Assembly: GCA_963828525.1 (NCBI GenBank)
Contig: CAWHEP010000008.1
Span: forward strand, 96,001-160,000
DNA: 64,000 nt
Source of the DNA: an uncultured Verrucomicrobiae bacterium
GTDB lineage: Bacteria > Verrucomicrobiota > Verrucomicrobiia > Chthoniobacterales > Chthoniobacteraceae
Direction of reading: 5' to 3'
This document shows, piece by piece, positions 20,156 to 31,096 of the stretch (position 1 is the first letter of the stretch; each line of letters opens with the position of its first letter). The position numbers and the translations under genes are program-made. The notes under the pieces are model-generated. The model worked only from the letters and a program-made list of their open reading frames with translations, was not told the origin of the DNA and made no database searches.

Positions 20156-21289
20156 GTGCGCATCACAATTGTCCAAGGAGCCTTTCTTCCGGTGCCCGCC
20201 CTCATGGGAGGCGCCATCGAGAAAGTATGGCTCGCGCTGGGCAAGCAGTTCGTCGCCCGGGGCCACAGCGTTACTCACATCTCCCGGATGTATGGTAATC
20301 TGCCCAAGGAAGAGATTCTCGATGGAGTTAGACATTTAAGGATCGGCGGATTCGACGCGCCAGAATCTCTCCTAAAGCTCAAGCTCCTTGACCTTATCTA
20401 TACGGCAAAGGCGCTCATGGTGCTTCCGGACGCGGATATTCTGGTCGGAAATACTTTCTGGCTCCCGATCCTCTACTTTGGAGAGAAGCAAGGAAGCCTC
20501 TACGTCCACGTGGGCCGCTTCCCAAAGGGTCAGATGAGGCTTTATGGAAGGTCCGCGCGCTTGCAGACGGTCTCTTCGCCCATCCGTGATGCAATTCTGG
20601 GGGAAGTCCCACGCTTTACGTCAAAGGTTTGCGTAATTCCCTATCCCTTGCCACCTTCTTTGGCAGGGCATCAGCAAAGTTACGGAGCCAGGCAGAACTT
20701 AATCCTCTACACGGGTAGAATCCACCCTGAGAAAGGGATCGGGATTCTTATCGCGGCATTCACCATTTTGCCGCCGGAGATCACGAGCGGCTGGAAGCTT
20801 TTAATCATAGGGCCTGCAGAGGCCCGGTTTGGAGGAGGAGGAGAGGATTACCTTTCCACGCTGAAGAGGGCTGCGTCAAGCATTGAGGATAGGGTCGAAT
20901 GGATCGGACCCGTGTTCGATGATAACAAACTGGCGAGCTACTACAGAAAAGCCCGCGTGTTCGTTTACCCGTCCGTTGCTGAGAAGGGGGAAACGTTTGG
21001 CCTAGCCGTTCTGGAAGCCATGGCCAACGGGTGCGCTCCGATCGTTTCAGCTCTCGCATGCTTCACAGACTTCGTTCAAGACGGGTTGAATGGGTTTATT
21101 TTTGATCATCGCGCGGAGAAACCAGAGCAAACACTGGCGGCCACGCTGGGGATGGTGTTGTCCAACCCCGAGATGGTTGGCGCGGCAGCCAAGGAAGCAG
21201 CGCGCACGGCGACGAAATATGAGATTGGCGCGGTCGCCGATATGTATCTGGACGATTTCGCGCGCGTGTCGAAGCAACCGCACTCTTGA
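20156..21289 (+). CDS. GT4 glycosyltransferase
   Basis: FLPVP..GGAIEK, YTGRIHPEKGI, VYPS..GETFGLAVLEAMANG. Confidence 0.92.
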   Translation: MRITIVQGAFLPVPALMGGAIEKVWLALGKQFVARGHSVTHISRMYGNLPKEEILDGVRHLRIGGFDAPESLLKLKLLDLIYTAKALMVLPDADILVGNTFWLPILYFGEKQGSLYVHVGRFPKGQMRLYGRSARLQTVSSPIRDAILGEVPRFTSKVCVIPYPLPPSLAGHQQSYGARQNLILYTGRIHPEKGIGILIAAFTILPPEITSGWKLLIIGPAEARFGGGGEDYLSTLKRAASSIEDRVEWIGPVFDDNKLASYYRKARVFVYPSVAEKGETFGLAVLEAMANGCAPIVSALACFTDFVQDGLNGFIFDHRAEKPEQTLAATLGMVLSNPEMVGAAAKEAARTATKYEIGAVADMYLDDFARVSKQPHS

Positions 21290-21295
21290 CGCAAC

Positions 21296-22070
21296 CTAAG
21301 AGCGCTTCTTCGCGTAGATTTCGCAAGGCATCGCCGAGGCGCTTTCGATTTCTTTCCCGTCAGGGGCGAAACACGTGAAACCGAAATCCTTAAGGATGTC
21401 GAAACATTGAGTTGCTTTATCGGCTCCATGGAGAGCCAGCAAGATCAACGGGGATGACCCGCGCAGCAGGCGCTCCGCGCCTTTTAACACGAGACACTCC
21501 GCGCCTTCGACGTCTATCTTTATAACGTCGGGCCGGGCTGCGGGGAACTTTTCGAGGAAGCTATCGGGAGAAAACGTGGGAACATTATATAAAGTGCTAC
21601 CATCCGCTCCGAGGCGACCCTGCGCGTGCGACTTCGATATCTGGAAGGACTCGATACCATTTCCACCTGACAGCGCCGCCTGGATGACCCTGACATTTTC
21701 GATCATATTCAAGCATACGTGGCGCAACAGCATAACCACGTTCGAGGCATATGGCTCAAAGGAATACACCGCGCCGGATGGACCGACGAGCCTCGAAAAT
21801 GCAAGGGTGTAAAATCCCACATTTGCTCCGATGTCCCACGCAACCATTCCACGCTTCGTGAAATCGGCGATGAGCGTCTGCTTGTCGTATTCGTAATATC
21901 CGAGCCAGCAGCGAAGGATGCTGGAGCCCGACACCCATTTGAAACCTTTGTTTTGTACCGGCGCGTACGCGAACAACGGTGGAGGGTGGCAGAAGGCGGA
22001 GAGGGAAGCGGCATATCCTTCCCAAGATGGAAAAGGGATTCAGCGAGTCTAATTTTCTGAGAGTGTCCAT
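21296..22070 (-). CDS. FkbM-family methyltransferase (frameshift near 21960-21990)
   Basis: CWLGYYE, WDIGANVGFYT, YSFEP, PDVIKIDVEGAE..VLKGA. The N-terminus is in ORF 21756-22070. Confidence 0.88.
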
Positions 22071-22158
22071 TGATTGGATTACCTGATGCGGAGGCGTCCA
22101 CGCCTCTTCTTTGGCATGCCTGACAACGCGGATAGGGAGATTTGGAATATGGGGCTCT

Positions 22159-23022
22159 CTACCCCTCGAACGACGCGCTTTTCCTCATCTGAAGCTCCTT
22201 GGTTTTTACAACGCACAGCAATTCGTAGAATCCGTGCAGCCGCGCAAAGTAGTATCCTGGAAGGCCATCAAGAAATCCCCGCTGCCAGATATAAACATAG
22301 AGGAAACGCAACACGGGGCGGAAGGGTAAGAAGAGCGAGACCTTTTTGATGGAGCGGCGCAAGCCGACATTCCCCTTTTGGAGATGAGTTGTGCTTGCTT
22401 GTAAAGACCCATCGGTAGCTACGCAAGCTTCCCAGTTGGAGTACCTGTTGTGTTTTTCCACAAATACTTCCACCGAGGGAAAGGCGTAATGATCCATCTC
22501 GCACCTGAGCCTGCCCGTATTTCCCTGCACCAGCACATGCTCATGCACCTCGTTATCTCCGCTGGACGTTGCAGCCACCGTAAGCTTCTCGTAGCGACCA
22601 AGATGGTGCTTGAAGAGGCGGAGATTCCAATTCGGATAATACGCATGCTTCAGCCATCTACCCATGAACATGAACCGCCGATTGATCCAGTAGCCTGCGT
22701 TGAGATTCCCTTCATCCGAAACAATCGCGCGGAACTCCTCCTCCGCGTCAGGAGGAAGAACCTCGTCCGCGTCCATGATGAACACCCATTCATGCTTGAA
22801 TGGCAGCGTCTCAAGAGCCCAGTTCTTCTTTTTGGGCCAAGTCCCTTCAAACTCGAATTGAACGACTTTAGCGCCGAATGATCTGGCGGTAGCGTCAGTG
22901 CCATCCGTGCTGCCGGAATCCACTATGATGATCTCGTCGGCCCACGCAACGGACCGGAGAGCGCGAGGGAGGTTTTGCACCTCATTCTTCACAGGCATCA
23001 ATATGGAAACGGGCACCGTCAT
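22159..23022 (-). CDS. GT2 glycosyltransferase
   Basis: VSILMPVKNE, VDSGSTDGT, KKNWALETL, WVFIMDADE, NLRLF, EVHEH, KHNRYS, GFLDG. Likely start MTVPVS at 23022. Confidence 0.92.
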   Translation of the reverse strand: MTVPVSILMPVKNEVQNLPRALRSVAWADEIIIVDSGSTDGTDATARSFGAKVVQFEFEGTWPKKKNWALETLPFKHEWVFIMDADEVLPPDAEEEFRAIVSDEGNLNAGYWINRRFMFMGRWLKHAYYPNWNLRLFKHHLGRYEKLTVAATSSGDNEVHEHVLVQGNTGRLRCEMDHYAFPSVEVFVEKHNRYSNWEACVATDGSLQASTTHLQKGNVGLRRSIKKVSLFLPFRPVLRFLYVYIWQRGFLDGLPGYYFARLHGFYELLCVVKTKELQMRKSASFEG

Positions 23023-23202
23023 ATCCTTTTCAGCCAGCAGTCCGTTCCACGCCGTGCCAGGTAAGATTTCCATCGTCTCCATTGGAGCGCAAGTCGCATT
23101 TAGAAGTTTCGAACCAGACGCTTCATTTCGAGAGAATGTCCCCACAGCCTCCGTCATTCAAACGCTATTTGCGAGAGCAGAGCACAGTCCCAAGCGTGAG
23201 CC

Positions 23203-24381
23203 TCACTTTACCCGCAGCGCCTCGCCGGGGTCGCGCGACAAGGCGTTGCGACGTCTCGCTCGCAGGCCAAAGGCGGCGCGAAGCGACGTGAGATCGCTGA
23301 AGTCCGCCAACTCCGTCAGGAAGAATGCGCCGGAAAAGGCCGCGATCGCAAGGGCAAAAGTGAGCATAGGCCCCGCAGGCAAAGCAAGGCGGTTCTTGAG
23401 CATCATCTGCATCAACTCGAGAATGAGTTGGTGGGACAGGAATATTCCAAACGACCATTCGCCGACTCGCGATATCCAGGGCGCCGGTTCCATGGACAGG
23501 CATGCGCCAGCCCCGACCGCAAAAAGCACGCCGCTAAAACCCACAATCACCTCTGGAATGCCATCTGCGGCAAGAATTCCAGCGGCCAGGAAGGCGGCGC
23601 TTAGCGCGACCGTCGCGACGGCGGTGGATCGGTGCCGCGCAACCAGTGGAACAAGGAACCGGGCCGAGATCGATGCCCCGAGGGCATAGGGAGCGCAACG
23701 AACGAGGTGGGCGAGAAGGACGGCGATAACGCGTATTGGGGCCGAGATCGTCCAAGGCAGCCCGCCAGCCAGTCCGCGTAGCAACTCATGGAAGGCATTC
23801 CCATCCAGCGTGAATTGATTCCCTGAGCGTACGACTGCCTCCGCGGCGACGATCGAAAGACAGAAACACGCAGTGAGTGACAGCAAACCCATCCTCATAA
23901 GGGCGGGCCCGCAAAGTTGGAAGACTGTGAGGCCAGCGACGAGCAGGGGCAGAAAGTAGAGCATGACCCCGCTGCACCCAAAAAGGAGCCTTCCCAACGG
24001 ATCACTGAGAACGTGAGACATGTCACCCGAGTGGCGGGCGATCTGCTTCAGCATCTGAGCGCCTGTGTAAATACCAGTCCACACCGCGTATGGGATGAGC
24101 AGACGAGAAAATGTTTTCTGTATGGCTTGAGCTTTGCGGAAGCTGCCCGCAGCGCCTGCGATGGAAACGGCGGAGAAGTAAAAGGAAGCGGCAAGGAAAA
24201 AGGGCACACAAAAGACACTAAACAAAGCTTGTAGTTGCACGGTACGCGCCGTCACGCTGCCATCTGTAACCAAGCCAGCGTGGATGAATACGACACCCAA
24301 GGCGGCGATACAGCGAAGGAGATCAACGCCTATGATCCGTTTACCGCCGTCGCGCCCGCTACCGTCCACGAAGCTCCCCAT
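23203..24381 (-). CDS. Acyltransferase family 3 (OafA-like, membrane)
   Basis: GVDLLRCIAALGVVFIH, CVPFF, RLLIPY..W, LYFLP, GEWSFGIFLSH. Confidence 0.85.
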   Translation of the reverse strand: MGSFVDGSGRDGGKRIIGVDLLRCIAALGVVFIHAGLVTDGSVTARTVQLQALFSVFCVPFFLAASFYFSAVSIAGAAGSFRKAQAIQKTFSRLLIPYAVWTGIYTGAQMLKQIARHSGDMSHVLSDPLGRLLFGCSGVMLYFLPLLVAGLTVFQLCGPALMRMGLLSLTACFCLSIVAAEAVVRSGNQFTLDGNAFHELLRGLAGGLPWTISAPIRVIAVLLAHLVRCAPYALGASISARFLVPLVARHRSTAVATVALSAAFLAAGILAADGIPEVIVGFSGVLFAVGAGACLSMEPAPWISRVGEWSFGIFLSHQLILELMQMMLKNRLALPAGPMLTFALAIAAFSGAFFLTELADFSDLTSLRAAFGLRARRRNALSRDPGEALRVK

Positions 24382-24928
24382 TCGCCTTCTTGCGAACTAC
24401 CACGGCGGGATTTCCCGCGACGATCGCGCCAGCGGGCACATCCCTGCTTACCAGGGAGCACGCTCCGACTACAGCGCGTGATCCAATGGTTATACCCGGC
24501 AGCACGAAGGCCCGCGCCCCAATGAACGCGCCGGCGCCGATCACCACCCTGGCGGTTTGCAAAGGGAGCCCCGGATCGACGAAGTTATGTGTGCCTGTAC
24601 AAAGGTAGGCTTCCTGGGCGATGACTGCTCCCTCGCCGATCTCGATTGGACCCAGACAGTAGATATTGGAGCGGTCGCCGAGACAGGCGCGCGCGTGAAG
24701 CGTGAGGTTCCAGGGTATGTTTATGCGCGCGCGTTGATGAACAAAAGGGCTGCCATGGATGCGAGCGCCGAAGCGACGCAGCCAGAACAACCGCCATCGA
24801 TTTGCCGGCTTTGGCGTCCATCCACAAAGGGCGGCCCAGCAATACTCCCATAAGAGCATGGTTAACCTTGCTTTGAGAGACCACGGCGATTCACCCTGCG
24901 CCCCCCCCGCTTCCACAATTTCCTTCAT
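24359..24928 (-). CDS. WcaF-like hexapeptide-repeat acetyltransferase
   Basis: WRLFWLRRFGARI, PWNL, AYLCTGTH, FVLPGITIG, VAGNPA. Confidence 0.9.
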   Translation of the reverse strand: MKEIVEAGGAQGESPWSLKARLTMLLWEYCWAALCGWTPKPANRWRLFWLRRFGARIHGSPFVHQRARINIPWNLTLHARACLGDRSNIYCLGPIEIGEGAVIAQEAYLCTGTHNFVDPGLPLQTARVVIGAGAFIGARAFVLPGITIGSRAVVGACSLVSRDVPAGAIVAGNPAVVVRKKANGELRGR

Positions 24929-24960
24929 AGATTCAGGGCGATCAGGCGCGCAGCCTCCGG

Positions 24961-26076
24961 TTAGCCAATCGACCGGCAGATCGCATCAAATACATCCTTC
25001 ACCGTGATAGAGTAGATCGCTTTCTTTTGATAGTCGATATCCGCCACCGCGTCCCATCTGAAGAACGATGCGGGATAGAGATTTATGTTGGCATCGCCTC
25101 TGGGAAACCACCGCCCCGGGGGATTTCGCGCGGAAAAGATGCTTACGCAGGGTGTGCCGACCGTGGCGGCAAGATGCATAGGGCCGCTGTCGTGACCCAC
25201 GAATAAGCGCGCTTTCCGCAAAAGCGCCGCGCTCACCCGGGGAGAACAGGCTCCGCAAAAATTTTTCGCTCCGGAGGCCAGGGCCAGAACGTCGCTCTTT
25301 TCCCTTTCATCTGCTGCGCCCAGGAAAATGATCGGCAGAGTTGGGTATCTATTGACAACCTGTCGCAAGAGCATCGTCCAATTTCGCTCGCCCCAGTCGT
25401 TGCAACTGATCTTCGTGCCAACACAGACGGCAAGGAATGGGCGGGTAATGCCGGCCACGCGCAGCAACGATTCCGCAACCGCCATCTCTTCGGGGAGGAT
25501 GCGCAAATCCCACCAAGTATCCTCCTGTAAATCCACGCGCGGGCTCGCGCCGATCCGTCTGATCAATCGCGCCGATTCGGATTCATAAAATCCGGAACAG
25601 CTGATCTGCAGGGGCCATAAATCGCGACGGTGGAAGGGGATTCCTATTATGGCGCGAATGCCGCAGCATTTGAAAAACAGGAGATCTCTAAAACTGCCTG
25701 GCAAACCCCTCCCTGCATTGAGCCAGAACATGACCTGGAACCGGGCGGCCGAAAGCGCCTTCCGCATTGCCATGAGAGCCGCTGGACTGCGCAGGCCCGC
25801 AGGGTAGCCCATAAAATCGTCGCAAAGTCCGGCGCCTGATACAATCGCCGACATGGGAGGCGCCTTTCCGGAGACTGGTTCATTCGTCAAGATGGTGATG
25901 CGCGCCTGGGGAAACTGAGACCGTATGAACCGAAGCGCCGGAATGGCCACCAAGGTGTCACCCAGGCTCCCGAGCCGGTAGATCAAAACACGACGTATGT
26001 CTGGCGGCGGGTGGTGCCAGAAACACAGAGCGCGCCGTTCCTCCGAGGAGGCAGAGTCGGCGTCCACGCGCATCAT
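24961..26076 (-). CDS. GT9 (heptosyltransferase-like) glycosyltransferase
   Basis: IYRLGSLGDTL..PAL, FVGHDSGPMHLAATVGTP. Confidence 0.9.
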   Translation of the reverse strand: MMRVDADSASSEERRALCFWHHPPPDIRRVLIYRLGSLGDTLVAIPALRFIRSQFPQARITILTNEPVSGKAPPMSAIVSGAGLCDDFMGYPAGLRSPAALMAMRKALSAARFQVMFWLNAGRGLPGSFRDLLFFKCCGIRAIIGIPFHRRDLWPLQISCSGFYESESARLIRRIGASPRVDLQEDTWWDLRILPEEMAVAESLLRVAGITRPFLAVCVGTKISCNDWGERNWTMLLRQVVNRYPTLPIIFLGAADEREKSDVLALASGAKNFCGACSPRVSAALLRKARLFVGHDSGPMHLAATVGTPCVSIFSARNPPGRWFPRGDANINLYPASFFRWDAVADIDYQKKAIYSITVKDVFDAICRSIG

Positions 26077-27101
26077 CCTGTCTTTCGCGAAATGGCGTCT
26101 TCGATGATCTTTAGATAGGCTGCAGCCACATTTCCGCGCTTGAAACGCTCAAGGTGCTCAGAAGCGTAGGAACGACATCTTTCGCGCAGGGAGCCGTCTC
26201 CCATCGCTTTTTCGAGCGCCGTAGCAAGAGCGCGGGCATCACCGTTAGGGAAAGTAAGCCCACAAGCTCCTATCGCCTCTTTTAGTCCCCCCTCTTCAGA
26301 GCCGATCGGAATGCATCCCGAGGCGATCCCTTCGAGCGCGACAATCCCGAACGGCTCCGGCCACCTTGATGGTATGACCAGGATTTCATGCTCCGCGAGG
26401 ATCGCCGCGAGAGCATTGCCCGTAACGGAACCCAGGAAGTTCACTTGCGCATCGACCCCGTGTTCCCTGGCAAGGTTCTGGATCGCCCTCTCTTCGGGAC
26501 CGGAGCCCACGACCGTTAGGGTGGGCATGCGTCCTTCACCGCGCAACAGCCCCAGCGCAACGATCAACACATCCAAGCCTTTGTCGGAAACCAGGCGTCC
26601 CAGAAATAGCAGACATTTCTTTGGTTGGGATTTATCCGCCGCCTGGAAAACGTCGTCCCTAAAGGGATTCCCGATCACAATGGTAGAGGGAGGAAGATCG
26701 ACGGCGACGGCTTCGCTTATCGCCACGTTCGCGCAGAGAGGCAGCACCCAAGCCTTGAGGCGAGCGGTGGCACCCGCGTTCGAATGGCCAGGAAACAGCC
26801 AGGTCTGGTGAATGAGAATTGTCGGCTTCAGTAACAGCAAGCCTGCCCATAAGCTCCTGAGGCTTATGTTATTTTGTATAAATACGTCGCACCACCAGAC
26901 GGCCTGAATCAGTTCCCAACTGGAAGGTCTCCGCAACACTGAAAAAGTTCGCGCTACGGTATCGGGCCCCGCAGTTTGAGTGATTACCTTTACGTCGTGT
27001 CCCCTGTTCGCAAACTCGTCGGCCAGGATGGCGGTAACCGTTTCGATTCCCCCGATACTCGGCGCGAACGCGTAAGAGGAGATCAAAATCTTTCGCTTCA
27101 T
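26073..27101 (-). CDS. GT4 glycosyltransferase
   Basis: FAPSIGGIET, FLGRLVSDKG, PSRWPEPFGIVALEGIASG. Likely start MKRKIL at 27101. Confidence 0.92.
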   Translation of the reverse strand: MKRKILISSYAFAPSIGGIETVTAILADEFANRGHDVKVITQTAGPDTVARTFSVLRRPSSWELIQAVWWCDVFIQNNISLRSLWAGLLLLKPTILIHQTWLFPGHSNAGATARLKAWVLPLCANVAISEAVAVDLPPSTIVIGNPFRDDVFQAADKSQPKKCLLFLGRLVSDKGLDVLIVALGLLRGEGRMPTLTVVGSGPEERAIQNLAREHGVDAQVNFLGSVTGNALAAILAEHEILVIPSRWPEPFGIVALEGIASGCIPIGSEEGGLKEAIGACGLTFPNGDARALATALEKAMGDGSLRERCRSYASEHLERFKRGNVAAAYLKIIEDAISRKTG

Positions 27102-27117
27102 GCGTCCACCGTACAGC

Positions 27118-28317
27118 CTAGTCGCGGCGTCCTGATCTTCGCGCCTCGACCGAGATTGCGGAGGCCGCCGCGCGCGAGCTATAACCGCGAATCCCCTCTT
27201 CGCACCAGTCGAATGACCGCTCAAACCGCGCGAGCTTCACAAAAGCTGCCGCGCATCCGGACGCGTCACCTTCACCGATGACTTGCACTCTCGCCCATTC
27301 CCCAAATTCCGCGTAACATCCCACTGCGTCCGTCATCACTACCGCGCAACCCGCCTGTAATGCTTCGTTCACAACCAAGCCCCAGGATTCATACATCCGC
27401 CTGGAAGGCAGCGCAAAGATGTCCGCGGCAAGATAGAATCGCGGCAGTTCAGATTGGTTTTGGAACCCGGCAAACTTAACCCTGTCGCCCAGAGGAGCTG
27501 CCCGCTTCCTGAGTTCCTGCTCCATCACGCCAGATCCCAAATAAACAAGTCGAAAACGCTTCCGCTGCTCCGCGCCCAGCGCCTCCAGCGCGCGGATTAG
27601 CAGGAGAGGATCCTTTTTTTCGATGAGTTTGCCTGAGAAAAGGACAAGGATTTCATCGTCCGTGACGCCGAACTCGGCCCGGCACGAGCGGCGTAGATTG
27701 CCTTTTTCGGACGGCGACATGGTCTCAACCGGGGATGTGACGCAATAGGGCGCAAAAGACATTTTCGACTCATCAACTCCGTGTTGAAGCAAATGCCGCC
27801 TGTTTAGCTGCCCCACATAGAAAGCGTGGTCGATATTCAGATAGACAAGAAAGTAGAATATATCGCGTTTAAGCGCCGTCCATGCCCTCCTCGGAGCAGA
27901 TTCATCCTGCGTCTCGTGTCTGATCCAGACTGGAATGCCGAGAAGGACACACCAGCCATAAAGAACAAAATCCGCCAAATAATTGAGCTGCGAGATTAAC
28001 ACTGCCCGGGGTTTTTCACGCCTCAAAAGACTTCCCAAACCACGACCGTGAAGGCTCCAGAAGCCCTTCAGCGGAACTCCGTTTTCATTGTTGATGACCT
28101 GGCTGGGATAACCAGCAAGCAAAGGTACATCCCAAGCCACCTCTCTCCCGAAATCCTTGTCCTGATGCCCGCGCAACGAACAGTCTGTCGCGTAGATCAC
28201 CTTGAATTGACCCGGAATCTGTCGCTCCAACTCTTGATATACAGGAGCTTTGTATTGGACAGGATGAGAGTCGAAGATTAGCATCGCTCGTCTGACTTTT
28301 TCTCCTCGGTCCATCAT
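27118..28317 (-). CDS. GT4 glycosyltransferase
   Basis: SHPVQY..P, WDVPLLAGY, FSGKLIEKK, GFQNQSEL, LPS...ESWGLVVNEAL. Confidence 0.9.
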   Translation of the reverse strand: MMDRGEKVRRAMLIFDSHPVQYKAPVYQELERQIPGQFKVIYATDCSLRGHQDKDFGREVAWDVPLLAGYPSQVINNENGVPLKGFWSLHGRGLGSLLRREKPRAVLISQLNYLADFVLYGWCVLLGIPVWIRHETQDESAPRRAWTALKRDIFYFLVYLNIDHAFYVGQLNRRHLLQHGVDESKMSFAPYCVTSPVETMSPSEKGNLRRSCRAEFGVTDDEILVLFSGKLIEKKDPLLLIRALEALGAEQRKRFRLVYLGSGVMEQELRKRAAPLGDRVKFAGFQNQSELPRFYLAADIFALPSRRMYESWGLVVNEALQAGCAVVMTDAVGCYAEFGEWARVQVIGEGDASGCAAAFVKLARFERSFDWCEEGIRGYSSRAAASAISVEARRSGRRD

Positions 28318-29733
28318 TCTACGCTCTGCGCATGCAGTCGTTCCGCGTAAGCGCTGCGGCCCCGGAGTCCCCGCGAGAGGGGCAATGGCGCTTCGGGCTC
28401 CAGGACCAGAGATTTCTTGGCCCCATCCGCCGTCAACGCGCTCTGCAGCCCCACAGCCATCCAAAACCAGATCGACATGGGTGGCTGAATACCGAGCGTT
28501 GCTGTAATCCCGATAAGTACGATGTAGCTTTCAACGAAAACAGCGGGCAAGAACATATCATCGGCAGGCATTTTGAAGGTCTGCACCATCAAACGGCCGA
28601 CAACGTATAATCGGAATCCCATCCAAACGAAAATGAGGTAGAACCCTCCTTCGAATAAAGTTGTTGCCATGTCAGTCTCCGTCCATCGGCCATACGACCG
28701 CCAGGAAGCCGCATATGCGCTGAGCTTATCCGCGCCGTTGCTCATAACTCCCAGACCCCGCCCGAAGACCGTAGGGGCGGCTACCGGATTTTCTAGCCAG
28801 CCAAAAAACATGTTGGAAACCCTCCCGGCCATCTCCTGGTTTTGCGTATGCTCCTCCGTGTCAGCGGACCGCATATCATACGCAACGAAAAAGTCCGGGG
28901 CGATCTGCTTCAAACCCAGAAACACAAGATACCCGACGAGGGCGAGGGCCACCATGGCTGGAAGCGCCTGCGCAACCCTCCTTCCGCTAAAAAAGAGGAG
29001 AGCGCCCGCGATTGCAATCATGACGAAATTCGCAAGTACCGCTCCCCTGGATCCGGTAATGAACATGCCGATGAGCAGCGCCGGAATGAGGGAGTAATAG
29101 ACTGTCTTCGTCCAACGACTCTGCACTCTCGATGCCGCGAGAAGCGGAAGAGCGAGAACGTACATCTGAGCGTTGAGGAACATTACAAATTGCGCGACGA
29201 ATGCGAATGTCGAAGAGACGCGGAGTCGTCCCCCCGCGCTGAATCCCTCCAGACTATCTCCTCCGACAGACAGGTTAAGCCAATGGGTGGGAGGCAGCCT
29301 CAGTTCGAGAACAGCGGTGAAAACGGTGGGTATGAGAAGCAGAGCCACCATTCTGAAAAAGCCATTCACCTGGGGCAGAGTGGAATTTGAAAATGCCATG
29401 CCAGCCGCGAGGGCGATAACGGGGAACATGAGGGTACTGTTTGGCGCCGAAGGCCGCAAGCAGCGGGTCATAGGAAAGCGTAACGATGATCGGCGGTATG
29501 AAGAGCAATACGGTTACCCAATACGTCCTCAACAACCATCTTAAGCCCGCAGGGACTTCACAGAAAAGCATGTAAAGCGCGATGGCAAAGGTGATCGCGT
29601 CTTTCGCAAAAAACAAAGGAAGCGCCAGAGCATGGAAAGCCTTCCTCGCCACCCCCTCGAACGTGATCGTGGTGACTAAAAACAATAGGCTCCAGCGAAG
29701 GATCCGGGCTTGCCGCTGCTGCTTGGTTATCAT
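28314..29733 (-). CDS. Polytopic membrane protein, putative Wzy-like polymerase (frameshift near 29430-29450)
   Basis: About 11 TMs, FEGVARK, RVSSTF, ITGSRGA, GRGLG; located inside the GT operon. Confidence 0.65.
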
Positions 29734-29894
29734 CGCAGCAAGAGAGACCGCAGCGACCCGACCAGTGCTGTGGCTATGGATTCCCGCATTGCCGCATTAT
29801 CAGTGAAAAATTGAAGTGTATCAAGGATGGCCTCCTCATCTCAGATGGGGAGTGTGAAGCCTTCAATCACCGCGCAAATTACTCCAACGCCTCG

Positions 29895-31088
29895 CTAGGG
29901 CTGCCCGCGATTAGGATCGGAGTACGCTACGTTACTTGCGCATGGGGACAGGGAAACGAGCGCGTCAACGAGGTTGCGCCCCGCAACATCCCAGCCGCCG
30001 AGCGCGCGATTGCGGGCTAATGCCGCTTCGGACATGCGGGCGGCGAGCGAGGGATCGTCGGCGAGTGCCTGAAGCTTGTCCTTGATCGCGACGGGGTCGC
30101 GAATAGGAACCAACCAGCCTTCGACTCCCTCCGTAAGGATATCCGCTGCTCCCGTGTTGACCGACGCGATCACAGGCAATCCGTAGGAAAGCGCTTCCCC
30201 GATCACCAAGCCAAAACCGTCTTCGATACTGGGAAGAACGAACACGCTTCCCGAGCGATACGCCGCAGCCAAAGCTTCGCCCTTTAACGCCCCGGTAAAG
30301 ATGACATCGCTGGGAATTTCTAAATCCTCAAGACCGGTGACAGCGGCGCGCGGACCAACTATCAGCAGCTCTTTTGGACGGAATCGAACCTGGGAAAACG
30401 CTTTTATGAGATATCTCAGCCCTTTTCGTATGCCGACCTGGCCCACGTAAATCACTCTAAATACACCGTTAGCGGGCTTCGGTGTCGTCTCCTGATGCTG
30501 GGTGGGAAAGCCATAGTGAACAACAACCATCTTCTCCACCGGCACCCCCTGCTCCACGAAAGATCGCTGAGCAAAAGCCGAGGGACATAGTATCGCGTCC
30601 GCCTCGGCGTACTCCAGCAACCTGCGTTGAAACTCCCCGCGTGGAGCTTCATGGAACGCTATCCCCAGCAGCCTATATTCCTCTCGCATGAGTTGTTCCT
30701 GCGCGGCAACATGCGCGTTGACAGCCTCGGTCACGCATACCACGCCAGCTCTCCGAGCCTTTCGCGCGGTGTCGAGTCCCGCTCCATTATAGTAGAGAAA
30801 CAAGTCCGATTTCAGGGCAGACGTTTGCGACAGCCGATCTATCCATGCTTTGCTGGCGTAACCAAGCGCGTCGTTTAACCGCGTCGGGAGGCGAAACTTC
30901 AATCCAGCCAGGTAGAGATTTTGAATGTGATCGGCGCGAAGCAGAAGGTCGCCAACTTCAGGGAGATCTGCTCGCGGACTAAAGCGCGAGAATCCAGATA
31001 CGAATGCGCGGAGAACACCGGCTTGAGCTAAAGCGGTCGCGTAGGCATAATGATGCGCGCGATTGGGGGCGGCGTAGGTAACCTGCAT
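29895..31088 (-). CDS. GT4 glycosyltransferase
   Basis: EYAEADAILCPS, YVGQVGIRKG, FVLPSIEDGFGLVIGEAL. Likely start MQVTY at 31088. Confidence 0.9.
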   Translation of the reverse strand: MQVTYAAPNRAHHYAYATALAQAGVLRAFVSGFSRFSPRADLPEVGDLLLRADHIQNLYLAGLKFRLPTRLNDALGYASKAWIDRLSQTSALKSDLFLYYNGAGLDTARKARRAGVVCVTEAVNAHVAAQEQLMREEYRLLGIAFHEAPRGEFQRRLLEYAEADAILCPSAFAQRSFVEQGVPVEKMVVVHYGFPTQHQETTPKPANGVFRVIYVGQVGIRKGLRYLIKAFSQVRFRPKELLIVGPRAAVTGLEDLEIPSDVIFTGALKGEALAAAYRSGSVFVLPSIEDGFGLVIGEALSYGLPVIASVNTGAADILTEGVEGWLVPIRDPVAIKDKLQALADDPSLAARMSEAALARNRALGGWDVAGRNLVDALVSLSPCASNVAYSDPNRGQP

Positions 31089-31096
31089 CGAGCGTC

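Noticed and set aside
22885..22896. ops-like GGCGGTAGCGT (RfaH/JUMPstart)
   Set aside because: It lies inside a GT2 gene on the antisense strand, not in a leader.
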